Shown here: positions 1-9,172 of the stretch, one piece after another | Numbering within the stretch: the stretch's first letter is position 1 | How the letters are laid out: each line of letters begins with the position of its first letter | From: an uncultured Alphaproteobacteria bacterium | Lineage (GTDB): Bacteria > Pseudomonadota > Alphaproteobacteria > UBA3830 > CAYLKK01 | Direction of reading: 5' to 3' | NCBI GenBank assembly: GCA_964412505.1 | Contig: CAYPOM010000004.1 | Location: 14,761 to 78,760, forward strand | DNA: 64,000 bases | Position numbers and translations under genes: made by a program | Notes under the pieces: generated by a model | Told to the model about the DNA's origin: nothing | Seen by the model: the letters and a program-made list of their open reading frames with translations, nothing else | Database searches by the model: none

Positions 1-884
1 TTAGATACATCATAACCAACCATACCTATATCTGAAGGTTCTTTTCCGAAATTAGCTTTAAAAAATCTTCTAAAACTATCTAAATTTTGCTTATCTGGAG
101 ATGCAGTAAATACTTTGCATTTTTTAGGCATGACACTACTTTTAGCGAACCTATAAGGAACTAAATAAGGTATACCGTGATCTTTTGTTATTTTACTGAC
201 TTGCTCACATACTAGAATAGCATCGAAATTAGCATCTTCAAGTTGTTCTTCAATTATGTCTTCAGAGAATTTTGTGTATCTTATTTTTCTAACATATACC
301 TCATTGTCATCTTTAGCCGAATCTAATATTTTATTAATAGCATTTCCATATTCATTTTTTGGCACAATCGCGAGTATTCTTTTAATCCCATTATTAGCAG
401 CATAATTCAACAAAGCTATAGTTTCTGTACTTGGAGTAATACCGCATATGATATTTTTTTCATGAGCAATAGTATAGTTGTTAGATAAAGAAAAACATGT
501 TGAGTATGGGGCTATCCCTTTCATCTTAATTGATTCATATCCAAACACAGGACCGATTATATATTTTATGTCATATTTTTGTACTATGTCACTAATTTTA
601 TCTGGTGCTGTATTTATCCATGCGGAGTCAACCAAAAGCATCTCAATATTTTTGTACTCGTCTATAGACAAAAGGCATGAATTCAAAACATCTCTTCCCA
701 AATTTTTATGTACTCCAGACATTGGCAATATAGCCAACACCTTACTTTTTTGTGAACGTATTCCTCTCGATTGCTTTTTACTACTAGAAGTGTACACTTT
801 TATTTTATTATGTTTTTGATTAGAATCAACACAAGAACTTAACAACATACATAATGTGATTAAATATGGAAATGAACGAAACAT
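1..884 (-). CDS. Lipoprotein with type-1 periplasmic-binding fold, LpoA/LppC-like (penicillin-binding-protein activator family); C-terminus runs off the window
   Basis: Absent from the ORF track because it is truncated. Manual minus-strand translation from ATG at 884-882 gives MFRSFPYLITLCMLLSSC (lipobox) ... VLAILPMSGVHKNLGRDVLNSCLL ... YIIGPVFG, open to position 1. It is divergent from rsmI, as lpoA-rsmI is in E. coli. Confidence 0.6.
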   Translation of the reverse strand, partial: MFRSFPYLITLCMLLSSCVDSNQKHNKIKVYTSSSKKQSRGIRSQKSKVLAILPMSGVHKNLGRDVLNSCLLSIDEYKNIEMLLVDSAWINTAPDKISDIVQKYDIKYIIGPVFGYESIKMKGIAPYSTCFSLSNNYTIAHEKNIICGITPSTETIALLNYAANNGIKRILAIVPKNEYGNAINKILDSAKDDNEVYVRKIRYTKFSEDIIEEQLEDANFDAILVCEQVSKITKDHGIPYLVPYRFAKSSVMPKKCKVFTASPDKQNLDSFRRFFKANFGKEPSDIGMVGYDVS

Positions 885-1765
885 TTTTACCTCATAAAAT
901 TCTGCAAAAAGTGCACGATAGAATGAACAACCAAATTTTACATCCAGGATTATACATTGTTTCTACGCCAATAGGAAATATTCTAGATATCACTTTAAGA
1001 GCTTTATTCATTCTACAAAATTCATTTTGTATATTCGCAGAAGACACTAGAGTTTCTAGGCACCTTCTAGATTTTTATGGTATTAATGCAAAAATTATAT
1101 CTTGCGATAATTATCGCGAAATGGAGCAAAAAAATTTAGAGTTAATCGATAATAATCGCGATAAAATTTTCTCAATAATAACAGACGCAGGTACACCATT
1201 GATCTCTGATCCTGGATATAAAATCACGAATTGGTGCATGCAAAATGGCATCAGGATATTCCCAATTCCTGGCGCGTGTTCAGCTATAGCAGCGCTTTCT
1301 GTTTCTGGCTGCTGTTCCGATAATTTCTTTTTTTATGGATTTTTGCCTCAGAAAAAAAACGCAAGAATTACAGCGCTCAATGAATTAAAAAACACAAAGA
1401 GTAGCATAATATTTTTTGAGTCACCCAATAGAGTTTTAAATACACTAACAGACATATTTGATACATTCGGAGATAGATATGTTTTTATTGGAAGAGAAAT
1501 GACAAAACTGAATGAAGAGTATACCAGACACAAAATATCAACATTAATAGAAAAATACAAAGAAGAAAAATGCATAGGTGAATTTGTCATTATTGTAGAT
1601 AAAAACGACACAAATGAAAGCGAAGAAGAATTTGATATTCGTGAAATATTAAAAAAACAGTTAGAAGAAAATACATTAAAAGATGCAGTAGTAAATACGC
1701 ATGAAATTACTGGTATAAATAAGAAGAAAATTTACGCTTTAGCATTAGAATTAAAAAATGGATAA
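866..1765 (+). CDS. rsmI: 16S rRNA (cytidine1402-2'-O)-methyltransferase RsmI
   Basis: 299-aa ORF with GLYIVSTPIGNILDITLRAL and ITDAGTPLISDPG motifs of the tetrapyrrole-methylase-fold RsmI family. The 866 start overlaps the divergent lipoprotein start, so ATG 923 (MNNQILHPGLYIV) is a plausible alternative. Confidence 0.85.
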   Translation: MEMNETFLPHKILQKVHDRMNNQILHPGLYIVSTPIGNILDITLRALFILQNSFCIFAEDTRVSRHLLDFYGINAKIISCDNYREMEQKNLELIDNNRDKIFSIITDAGTPLISDPGYKITNWCMQNGIRIFPIPGACSAIAALSVSGCCSDNFFFYGFLPQKKNARITALNELKNTKSSIIFFESPNRVLNTLTDIFDTFGDRYVFIGREMTKLNEEYTRHKISTLIEKYKEEKCIGEFVIIVDKNDTNESEEEFDIREILKKQLEENTLKDAVVNTHEITGINKKKIYALALELKNG

Positions 1766-1774
1766 AAAACAAAT

Positions 1775-2587
1775 ATGCAATTCAAAGTAAATGCCAAATT
1801 TATATTATCAGGTGAACATGCTGTAATACGTGGAGCTAAAGCAATAGCATTTCCAGCTACAAATTACGAAATGAAATTAATTGTTTCAAGACGGAAAGAA
1901 ACTCTACACTATTCAATGCCGGTTGAATTTAAAAACAACTTTGAAAATATTATAAAGTTTGTAAATTCAAAATTTAATTTAAATATTCTCAGCGAATACT
2001 CATTTAAAGTAGAAAGCAATATTCCCGTCAGTTGTGGTTTCGGAAGCTCTGCTGCTATATCAGTACTTATTTCTAAATTTATATCACAAACATACAACAT
2101 TGAAAATGAAATCGATTTAGCAATAGAAATCGAGAACTTACTACATGGGAAAAGTAGCGGATTAGATGTATATGCAATTTATTTTAATAAACCGATTATT
2201 TTTCAAATTATAAAGACACAATGTTTTTATGAATTTATAAAACCATCATTTACACCTAAATTTAAAATTTTTATGGTTGATAGCGAAAAAAACACAAGAG
2301 AATGCATTTCGCTTGTAAATACTCTTTTTAGCACTAATTTTAATGGCGCGAAAAAACTAGATTTACAGATGAATCTTGCCACAAATAAATGCATATATGG
2401 AATTCAAAACAATGATATAACCATGTTAGCTGATGGTATAAATTTAGCAGCAATATGCTTCGACAATTGGGGGCTAATTACACCAAAAATGAAATCAAAA
2501 ATACTAGAAATTTATAGAAAAGGAGCTATAGCATGTAAACCAATTGGTAGCGGCGGAGGCGGAGGGATTCTCGCGTTATTTGAATAA
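1775..2587 (+). CDS. GHMP-family kinase, mevalonate-kinase-like
   Basis: N-terminal KFILSGEHAVIRGAKAIAFP (MVK-type GEHAV motif), GHMP motif 2 PVSCGFGSSAA, and motif 3 KPIGSGGGGGILALF. At 270 aa it is shorter than typical MVK. Confidence 0.6.
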   Translation: MQFKVNAKFILSGEHAVIRGAKAIAFPATNYEMKLIVSRRKETLHYSMPVEFKNNFENIIKFVNSKFNLNILSEYSFKVESNIPVSCGFGSSAAISVLISKFISQTYNIENEIDLAIEIENLLHGKSSGLDVYAIYFNKPIIFQIIKTQCFYEFIKPSFTPKFKIFMVDSEKNTRECISLVNTLFSTNFNGAKKLDLQMNLATNKCIYGIQNNDITMLADGINLAAICFDNWGLITPKMKSKILEIYRKGAIACKPIGSGGGGGILALFE

Positions 2588-2592
2588 AATAC

Positions 2593-2907
2593 CTACTTTC
2601 GCAAAATTACAATCGCTCCTTTTTTTACTATACCCAATTGCTTTTGTGCAAGTTCTTCAAGCAAATCTAAATCAATATTATTTTTTATTAAACCAATTTT
2701 TTTATCTAATTTTTCATTCTCACCAGCGATGCTTTTATATTCTAGCGATAATTTCGCATATTTCTCTTGCATTTTCATATATGCGAATAAACCTCTGTCG
2801 CCATGAACAAGATGGAATGAGAAATAACAAAAGCAAGCAAAACTTATCGATATAGATAAATATTTCGATAACAAATTTTTTACATATTCTAATGAATATC
2901 TAAACAT
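2593..2907 (-). CDS. ftsB: Septum formation initiator FtsB/DivIC family protein
   Basis: 104 aa with an N-terminal TM segment then a coiled coil (GDRGLFAYMKMQEKYAKLSLEYKSIAGENEKLDKKIGLIK ... DLLEELAQKQLG). Overlaps the kdsA stop by 19 nt. Confidence 0.7.
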   Translation of the reverse strand: MFRYSLEYVKNLLSKYLSISISFACFCYFSFHLVHGDRGLFAYMKMQEKYAKLSLEYKSIAGENEKLDKKIGLIKNNIDLDLLEELAQKQLGIVKKGAIVILRK

Positions 2908-3734
2908 GGATTACTTTTTGATAAATCATCAAACTCTATCATCCTCGCCCAAAAATCATATAATTTTTGAGATGGAAGCATATTAGGTCCATCGCTATAA
3001 GCATTATCTGGATCATTATGCGTTTCAATAAATAACCCTGCGCAACCTACAGCCAAAGCAGCTCGAGCCAAAGGCTCAACAAAACCTCTATTCCCACCGC
3101 TTGCAGAACCGAGTCCACCAGGCTCTTGCACAGAATGCGTAGCATCAAATATAACTGGATAGCCGAATTCCTTCATTACTGGGATTCCTTTGAAATCTGT
3201 GACTAATCGATTATACCCGAAACACGTACCTCTCTCACATAGCAAGATATTTTCATTTCCTTGAGAAGAAATTTTCTCTGCGACATTTTTCATATCCCAT
3301 GGAGCGAGAAATTGACCTTTTTTGACCTGAACGCATTTCCCTGTTTTTGCTGCAGCTACTACTAGATCAGTCTGTCTGCACAAAAACGCTGGAATCTGAA
3401 TAACATCTACGACGTCAGCCAGCTCTTGGCAATGAAAAATTTCATGAACATCTGTTACGATTGGACACTTAAACGTATCACGAATATTTTTAAAAATCTC
3501 TAAAGATTTTGCAAACCCTACTCCCCTTTTACCAGATATACTCGTTCTATTAGCTTTATCAAATGAAGTTTTAAATATAAAAGGCCTATTCAATTTTTGT
3601 GAAATCTCACTAATTATTTCCGCCATTTTCATAACATGATCCCTACTCTCCATCATGCATGGCCCAGCAATCATAGCGAAAGGAAGGTCATTCGATATTT
3701 CAATACCGCATACAGAAACTACTTTACCACTCAT
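2889..3734 (-). CDS. kdsA: 3-deoxy-8-phosphooctulonate synthase (KDO8P synthase)
   Basis: FAMIAGPCMMESRDH, FKTSFDKANRTS, CERG and FDATHSVQ motifs. Start moved to ATG 3734 (MSGKVVSV); the track ORF extends 7 codons further upstream. Confidence 0.9.
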   Translation of the reverse strand: MSGKVVSVCGIEISNDLPFAMIAGPCMMESRDHVMKMAEIISEISQKLNRPFIFKTSFDKANRTSISGKRGVGFAKSLEIFKNIRDTFKCPIVTDVHEIFHCQELADVVDVIQIPAFLCRQTDLVVAAAKTGKCVQVKKGQFLAPWDMKNVAEKISSQGNENILLCERGTCFGYNRLVTDFKGIPVMKEFGYPVIFDATHSVQEPGGLGSASGGNRGFVEPLARAALAVGCAGLFIETHNDPDNAYSDGPNMLPSQKLYDFWARMIEFDDLSKSNPCLDIH

Positions 3735-3755
3735 ACAAGATACCTCCAATAGCAA

Positions 3756-4136
3756 TTACTGTTTATTTTCAGATTTTTCACTATTTTCGTCCTGTTGTTT
3801 TTTCTCATCTTTTTTCGCATTTAATGTCTTATTCATAACACGAGAAAACTCTGATCCAGTTGTAGTTAACTCCTGCTCTTTAGAATTGAAAATTGACGTA
3901 TGCTTATGCGTAGTCTTTGCAATTTTAGCCATTACTAAGCAATTCACAACGAATATAATCATCAAAATTGCAGTAGCTTTTGTTAAAATGTTAGCCTGTC
4001 CTCTGCTAGACACAAGATTATTTGCAGCAGAACTCAAACCAGCGCTTAACCCGCCACCTTCATGTCTTTGAATAAGAACAATTCCGATCAAAAGCAATGT
4101 CACGATAAAATGCAAAACGAGCAAGAAAGTAAACAT
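3756..4136 (-). CDS. secG: Preprotein translocase subunit SecG with a long E/K-rich C-terminal tail
   Basis: N-terminus MFTFLLVLHFIVTLLLIGIVLIQRHEGGGLSAGL plus a second TM is typical of SecG. At 126 aa it is longer than usual because of the tail. Confidence 0.8.
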   Translation of the reverse strand: MFTFLLVLHFIVTLLLIGIVLIQRHEGGGLSAGLSSAANNLVSSRGQANILTKATAILMIIFVVNCLVMAKIAKTTHKHTSIFNSKEQELTTTGSEFSRVMNKTLNAKKDEKKQQDENSEKSENKQ

Positions 4137-4291
4137 AATCGATATACCTAAATATATAATTATGTCATGTTACATAAAATACTTCATTTTTTCAAGCATT
4201 ACAGACAGTCTAAGACTATATCAAGTTCGCCATACTGATAGCACAAATGTTTATCTGCATTCATATTTGCCAAAACGAAACAAACAATTTA

Positions 4292-4319
4292 TTGACACAT
4301 CCCAACAAAACGCTATAAT
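4292..4319 (+). promoter_or_regulatory. Sigma70-type promoter with consensus hexamers upstream of the 4348 gene
   Basis: TTGACA (4292-4297), 16-nt spacer, TATAAT (4314-4319), 28 nt before the ATG at 4348. Confidence 0.5.
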
Positions 4320-4347
4320 TACTTAATGGATTTTTAACTGGTTTATT

Positions 4348-6111
4348 ATGAATATAAAAAGTTTTTCGATAGTAAGCATATACGCTTTGTTATGTAATTT
4401 CGCTTTTGCTGGCAACATAGAGTTAACTGAACACATAAATACAAACATTTTGCAAAATGGCACCAATTCCTGGGGACAAAAGGGAATAGGAAAAGAGGCT
4501 TCGTTCAATGTAATAAAAGACATAAATTATTTGTATTATGTCGAGCGAAATTGCAATGACGACACAATTTTAAAAAATTCTGAATTTTATAAAAATACAT
4601 GGAACAATATTTTCGGTAACGCTAAGCAAGATTCTTTAGCAAATATGATTGCACAAATATATATAAAATCAGATAACGGAAAAAATTTAAAGCAATCTCA
4701 AATTAATACCCTATACTATATGTATGGTTTGTTAAAACTTAATTTTGATGAATTCGACAAGCACTTTAATACACAAAAAGACAAAGCTAAAACTGTAAAC
4801 GGAAGATATATCAAAACGTGGAAAATAGAAGAATTAGGTAAAAATGTAGATGATGCTATAAGCGACTATAATAAGACATATGAGTTATCTATTGATGATA
4901 AATTAGTGTTCACAAAAGATGAGAATACGCTGATAGAAAAACGTAAACAAGAAGAAGAGAAAAAGCGTATAGAAGAAGAAAAACGTAAAATAGAAGAAGA
5001 GCAGAAACGTCTAGAAGAAGAAAAACGTAAAATAGAAGAAGAGCAGAAACGTCTAGAAGAAGAAAAACGCAAACAAGAAGAAGAACTAAAAAGGAAACAA
5101 AAAGAACTAGAAGAAGAAAAACGTAAAATAGAAGAAGAGAGACTAAAGTTACAGCTAGAGCAGCTAAAAAAAGAAAATGAAGAGCTAAAAGAAAAACAAC
5201 GTTTGTATGAAGAAGAACAAAAAAGATTAGCACAAGAGTTTGAAGAACAAAAAAAAAGAGAAAATATATCAAAACGTATCGAGGATGGGAAGCATTCTCT
5301 TGTTTTAATGGATGATAGTATTACAAAACAAATTTTTGGAACGACTGACTATACGACTCTGGTAGAAAGAGCCATCGGCAATTGGTTTAATTATGAAAAA
5401 GAAAAACTCACTATAAACTCAATAGATGGAAATATCACTATAGAAAGATACCCTACATTATACAGCATTTCTGATTACGCAAACATATTGTACATGTTGT
5501 CTTTTAAAGATGGCATATCATCTGTCACAAATTTCATAAATCCATTAATAAATTTAATGGAAGACAATAAGAATGAGTTTGATACCCCAAAGAAGAAAAA
5601 GATCATAAGCAGAATACCATCTAGTAAGATTACATTATCCTACTCAGGCAACATTCAAAATCCTAACGATGACAGCCACAAAGAGTTATCTCTAATTAGT
5701 ATGAATAATTCTATTGGAGAGACAGTAAAGTCGATTGTTTGCGGTTCAGATGAACTCTCAATAAAAGGCACAATTATGCAACAACAAAAAGGTAAAGGGG
5801 GCAAACTCACATTTAAACAAACTACTACCACTCCACGGAAGCTCGCATTTAGTAGCATTTGTACCGAATATATTACCCATATCAACAACTTGACCAATCT
5901 TACCGCTAATTGGAAAGGCCATGCGTTCAGTTTTGATGCTGTATTTCTTTTGTATCTTGATTGTGTAGTCAACGAGAAAGATCCATTTCAACATATAACT
6001 GAAGAAAGATTACAACTTATTAGCCGAGAATTATCAAAAGCACAAGTAAATATAAATGGATTATTTCAAAATGCACTACAAGGAGGACTTAAATTAATTA
6101 AGGGAGAATAA
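4348..6111 (+). CDS. Secreted orphan protein with central E/K-rich coiled coil
   Basis: 587 aa. Signal peptide MNIKSFSIVSIYALLCNFAFA, then about 110 residues of EEKRKIEEEQKRLEEE-type heptads. I recognise no family. Confidence 0.75.
   Translation: MNIKSFSIVSIYALLCNFAFAGNIELTEHINTNILQNGTNSWGQKGIGKEASFNVIKDINYLYYVERNCNDDTILKNSEFYKNTWNNIFGNAKQDSLANMIAQIYIKSDNGKNLKQSQINTLYYMYGLLKLNFDEFDKHFNTQKDKAKTVNGRYIKTWKIEELGKNVDDAISDYNKTYELSIDDKLVFTKDENTLIEKRKQEEEKKRIEEEKRKIEEEQKRLEEEKRKIEEEQKRLEEEKRKQEEELKRKQKELEEEKRKIEEERLKLQLEQLKKENEELKEKQRLYEEEQKRLAQEFEEQKKRENISKRIEDGKHSLVLMDDSITKQIFGTTDYTTLVERAIGNWFNYEKEKLTINSIDGNITIERYPTLYSISDYANILYMLSFKDGISSVTNFINPLINLMEDNKNEFDTPKKKKIISRIPSSKITLSYSGNIQNPNDDSHKELSLISMNNSIGETVKSIVCGSDELSIKGTIMQQQKGKGGKLTFKQTTTTPRKLAFSSICTEYITHINNLTNLTANWKGHAFSFDAVFLLYLDCVVNEKDPFQHITEERLQLISRELSKAQVNINGLFQNALQGGLKLIKGE
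4972..5069 (+). repeat. 42-bp in-frame tandem repeat: 2 perfect copies plus a partial third
   Basis: The unit gaagaagaaaaacgtaaaatagaagaagagcagaaacgtcta occurs at 4972-5013 and 5014-5055. A third copy diverges after 5069, and a related 30-mer recurs near 5110. Confidence 0.9.
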
Positions 6112-6121
6112 TTCAACAAAA

Positions 6122-6154
6122 GCATACGCATTATCCGATGCGTTTGCTTTTTTT
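6122..6154 (+). terminator. Rho-independent terminator after the 4348-6111 gene
   Basis: GCATACGCAT / ATGCGTTTGC stem (one mismatch), 6-nt loop, then TTTTTTT (6148-6154). Confidence 0.65.
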
Positions 6155-6202
6155 GTTTGTTTGGGGTAGAATTAGGTAACTTGGAAATTTTTGGGTTTTT
6201 GT

Positions 6203-6424
6203 ATGAAAAAAGATATTCATCCTGATTATCATGAGATCACAGTTGTTATGACTGATGGTTCATCTTTTAAGACAAGGTCAACATGGGGAAAAGCTGGTGA
6301 CACTATGAAATTAGATGTTGATCCAAAATCACATCCTGCATGGACTGGCGCAAGACAGTTGGTTGACACAGCTGGTCGTATCGCAAAATTCAAAGACAAA
6401 TATGGTGGCTTTGGCTTGCAGTAA
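6203..6424 (+). CDS. rpmE: 50S ribosomal protein L31
   Basis: [20 protein letters not shown] ... HPAWTG. ATG 6203 is preferred over the TTG 6191 start in the track. Confidence 0.9.
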   Translation: MKKDIHPDYHEITVVMTDGSSFKTRSTWGKAGDTMKLDVDPKSHPAWTGARQLVDTAGRIAKFKDKYGGFGLQ

Positions 6425-7408
6425 ATGCCTGTATTAATCGATCCGAAAAACGACTCTTTGGATAGGGTCGTTTTTTGTTTAGAGAACTGTGGAATTGTAG
6501 CCTTCCCTACTGAAACAGTTTATGGATTAGGTGGAAACGCATATAGCAACACTGCTGTTTCCAAAATATACAAAGCTAAAAATCGGCCTTCTATTAATCC
6601 GCTTATAGCTCATTATAAATCAGCGTCAATTGCACTTTCACAAGATATAATTTCAAATGAAATTGCAGAAAAATTAGCAGAAAATTTTTGGCCTGGACCA
6701 ATGACTTTGGTTTTAAAGCAAAACCAAAATTCTAAAGTATCTACTTTAGCCACAGCTGGGTTGAAAACTTTAGCTGTTAGGGTCCCGAAAAATGAAGTTG
6801 CGCACAAACTGCTTTCTATGTTGGATTTTCCATTAGTAGCACCTAGCGCTAATAAATCTACCTCTTTAAGTAATACGACAGCAGAAGCAGTCATGGCGGA
6901 TTTTTCTGATATAGAAGATTTACTAGTGATCGATGGAGGAATGTGTAACGTCGGAGTAGAATCTACAATAATCGATGTGTCTATCCCTGAAAAAATTACA
7001 ATCCTAAGGTATGGAGGAATAACTCGCGAACAGATAGAAGATATTTGCGGAGTAAAAATTTCTAATTATGAAAATTCGAATACAAAACCTATTGCACCTG
7101 GCATGATGTTCAAACATTATGCTCCACAGCATGAACTGTATATCGATCAAGATACATGCAATAATGACGACACTTTCTTGGATTTTGGTACGAAAAATTC
7201 TCATTTGAAAAATGTAGCAAAAATGTATCTCGATCTAAGTCCTGCTGGCGATTTATATGAGGCAGCGCATAATTTGTTTAATATGCTGAGGATTTTAGAC
7301 ATGGAAAAATGCACTAGGATTTGCGTTGCACACATAGAAAACGTAGGAATAGGAATCGCGATTAATGACAAGCTACAAAGAGCGACTGGCAAGATCGGTC
7401 ACGTATAA
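6425..7408 (+). CDS. tsaC: L-threonylcarbamoyladenylate synthase (YrdC domain + Sua5 domain)
   Basis: 327 aa with FPTETVYGLGGNA, KNRPSINPLIAH and APSANKS motifs plus a C-terminal Sua5-type extension. The start abuts the rpmE stop. Confidence 0.85.
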   Translation: MPVLIDPKNDSLDRVVFCLENCGIVAFPTETVYGLGGNAYSNTAVSKIYKAKNRPSINPLIAHYKSASIALSQDIISNEIAEKLAENFWPGPMTLVLKQNQNSKVSTLATAGLKTLAVRVPKNEVAHKLLSMLDFPLVAPSANKSTSLSNTTAEAVMADFSDIEDLLVIDGGMCNVGVESTIIDVSIPEKITILRYGGITREQIEDICGVKISNYENSNTKPIAPGMMFKHYAPQHELYIDQDTCNNDDTFLDFGTKNSHLKNVAKMYLDLSPAGDLYEAAHNLFNMLRILDMEKCTRICVAHIENVGIGIAINDKLQRATGKIGHV

Positions 7409-7413
7409 GAAAT

Positions 7414-9138
7414 ATGCAAGAAATTCAATCTATAACAGGGAAAATATGGCTAGTACCAGATATTTGTGAGAAATACACAGATTTTCCAGAAATAATATCA
7501 AGGCTTTTGATAAATAGAAAAATTTCAGAATCTGACGCAGATAAGTTCATAAACGCGACTATACGCAATACAATGCCAGATCCATATACTTTGCAAGATA
7601 TGGAAAAAAGCGTTCAAAAAATTGCAAGCTGTATAAAGAATAATGAAAAAATTTTCATCATAGGAGACTATGACGTAGATGGAGTTACATCTACAGCTCT
7701 CTTAGTCAATTATTTCAACGAAATAAATTTCAAAAATTTCGAGTATTATATTCCTCATAGAATTGATGATGGGTATGGACTAAATAGCGAAATAGTATAT
7801 AAAACTGACGCGAAAACAATAATCACTGCAGATAACGGATCTACTGCTTTTGATGCCTTAGAGCTTGCTAAGACACTCGGGATTGATGTCGTAATTTTAG
7901 ACCACCATCAGGTCGATAAAATATCTGAAAATGCATATTCGATAGTGAATCCGCATAGACAAGACGATTCGTCAAATTTAAAGGTTTTATGTGCAGCTGG
8001 TGTAGTTTTTTTCTTCTTAGTAGCATTAAACCGTTATTTTCGTTTAACGAAATTCTTTGCCATAAATAGAGTGAAAGAACCAAATCTACTTGACCTAATA
8101 GATTTAGTAGCATTGGGAACTGTTTGCGATGTTATGCAAATATCTGGAATAAACAGAGCGATAGTTTCTGCTGGCATAAAAGCCATAAAAAACACAAAAA
8201 ATTTAGGGCTAAAAGAGCTAGCAAAAACGAGCATAAAAAAAGGAAATATTTCAGCAGAAACGTTCGGTTTTTTTATAGGGCCAAGATTAAATGCAGCAGG
8301 TCGCTTAGATCATGCAAAAATGAGCGTAGAACTTTTAACTACAAAATCTCAAGAAAAAGCAGAAAGCCTAATTCAAAAAATCGAAACATTAAATACACAA
8401 AGACAAACACTAGAAACCATAATTTTAGATTCGATATCACCTCCACTGAATGATGAAAAATTTATCGTTGCTTACAGCAAAAATTGGCATCCAGGCGTGA
8501 TAGGAATTGTTGCAGGAAGAATTAAAGAAAAACATAACGTTCCGTCATTTGTTATTTCATTCGGTGAAAATGGAATTGGTCACGGATCAGCTAGATCGAC
8601 AGAAAATTATGATTTAGCAGAAATTATAATAGAAGCAAAAAATGCTGGTATTTTATTAAGCGGAGGAGGTCACAAATTAGCAGGTGGTTTTACAATCAGT
8701 TATGAAAAAATTAGTGCATTTAAAGAGTTCCTAAAAGAGCGAATTACAAAACCAATCCTGCCTGTAAAAATTGTTACAGACGGATATCTTTCAGCAAGAG
8801 CTTTAAATTTACAAACTTTTGAACAAATAAGCGTTTTAGAACCTTTCGGGCATGGCAATGAAGTACCGCATTTCATTATTCCAAATGTAAAAATATCCTA
8901 CTCATCAATCGTCGGGCAAAATAAAAAACATATATCAGTTTTATTCGAAGATGAATTCGGCACAAAGCTAAAAGGAATCGCATTTAACTGTGTAGATAGC
9001 GAATTAGGGAAAGTACTACTTTCCGAAAAGAACAAACTATTGCTCGTTCTTGGAACATTAACACTGAATTCGTTTGGTAACACGAAAACAATAGATATTA
9101 TAATAGAAGATCTATGTGAAGCTGATACAATAAATTAA
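7414..9138 (+). CDS. recJ: Single-stranded-DNA-specific exonuclease RecJ
   Basis: 574 aa with DHH-family motifs GDYDVDGVTS, TADNG, ILDHHQ and GGGHKLAGG. Confidence 0.9.
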   Translation: MQEIQSITGKIWLVPDICEKYTDFPEIISRLLINRKISESDADKFINATIRNTMPDPYTLQDMEKSVQKIASCIKNNEKIFIIGDYDVDGVTSTALLVNYFNEINFKNFEYYIPHRIDDGYGLNSEIVYKTDAKTIITADNGSTAFDALELAKTLGIDVVILDHHQVDKISENAYSIVNPHRQDDSSNLKVLCAAGVVFFFLVALNRYFRLTKFFAINRVKEPNLLDLIDLVALGTVCDVMQISGINRAIVSAGIKAIKNTKNLGLKELAKTSIKKGNISAETFGFFIGPRLNAAGRLDHAKMSVELLTTKSQEKAESLIQKIETLNTQRQTLETIILDSISPPLNDEKFIVAYSKNWHPGVIGIVAGRIKEKHNVPSFVISFGENGIGHGSARSTENYDLAEIIIEAKNAGILLSGGGHKLAGGFTISYEKISAFKEFLKERITKPILPVKIVTDGYLSARALNLQTFEQISVLEPFGHGNEVPHFIIPNVKISYSSIVGQNKKHISVLFEDEFGTKLKGIAFNCVDSELGKVLLSEKNKLLLVLGTLTLNSFGNTKTIDIIIEDLCEADTIN

Positions 9139-9172
9139 ATGAACTACTACCAACGTCAAGCGACAAAGCAAT

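Noticed and set aside
4866-5272. Possible CRISPR-like or non-coding tandem array in the gaagaagaaaaacg region.
   Set aside because: The repeats are in frame within a long ORF, have no unique spacers, and simply encode an E/K coiled coil.
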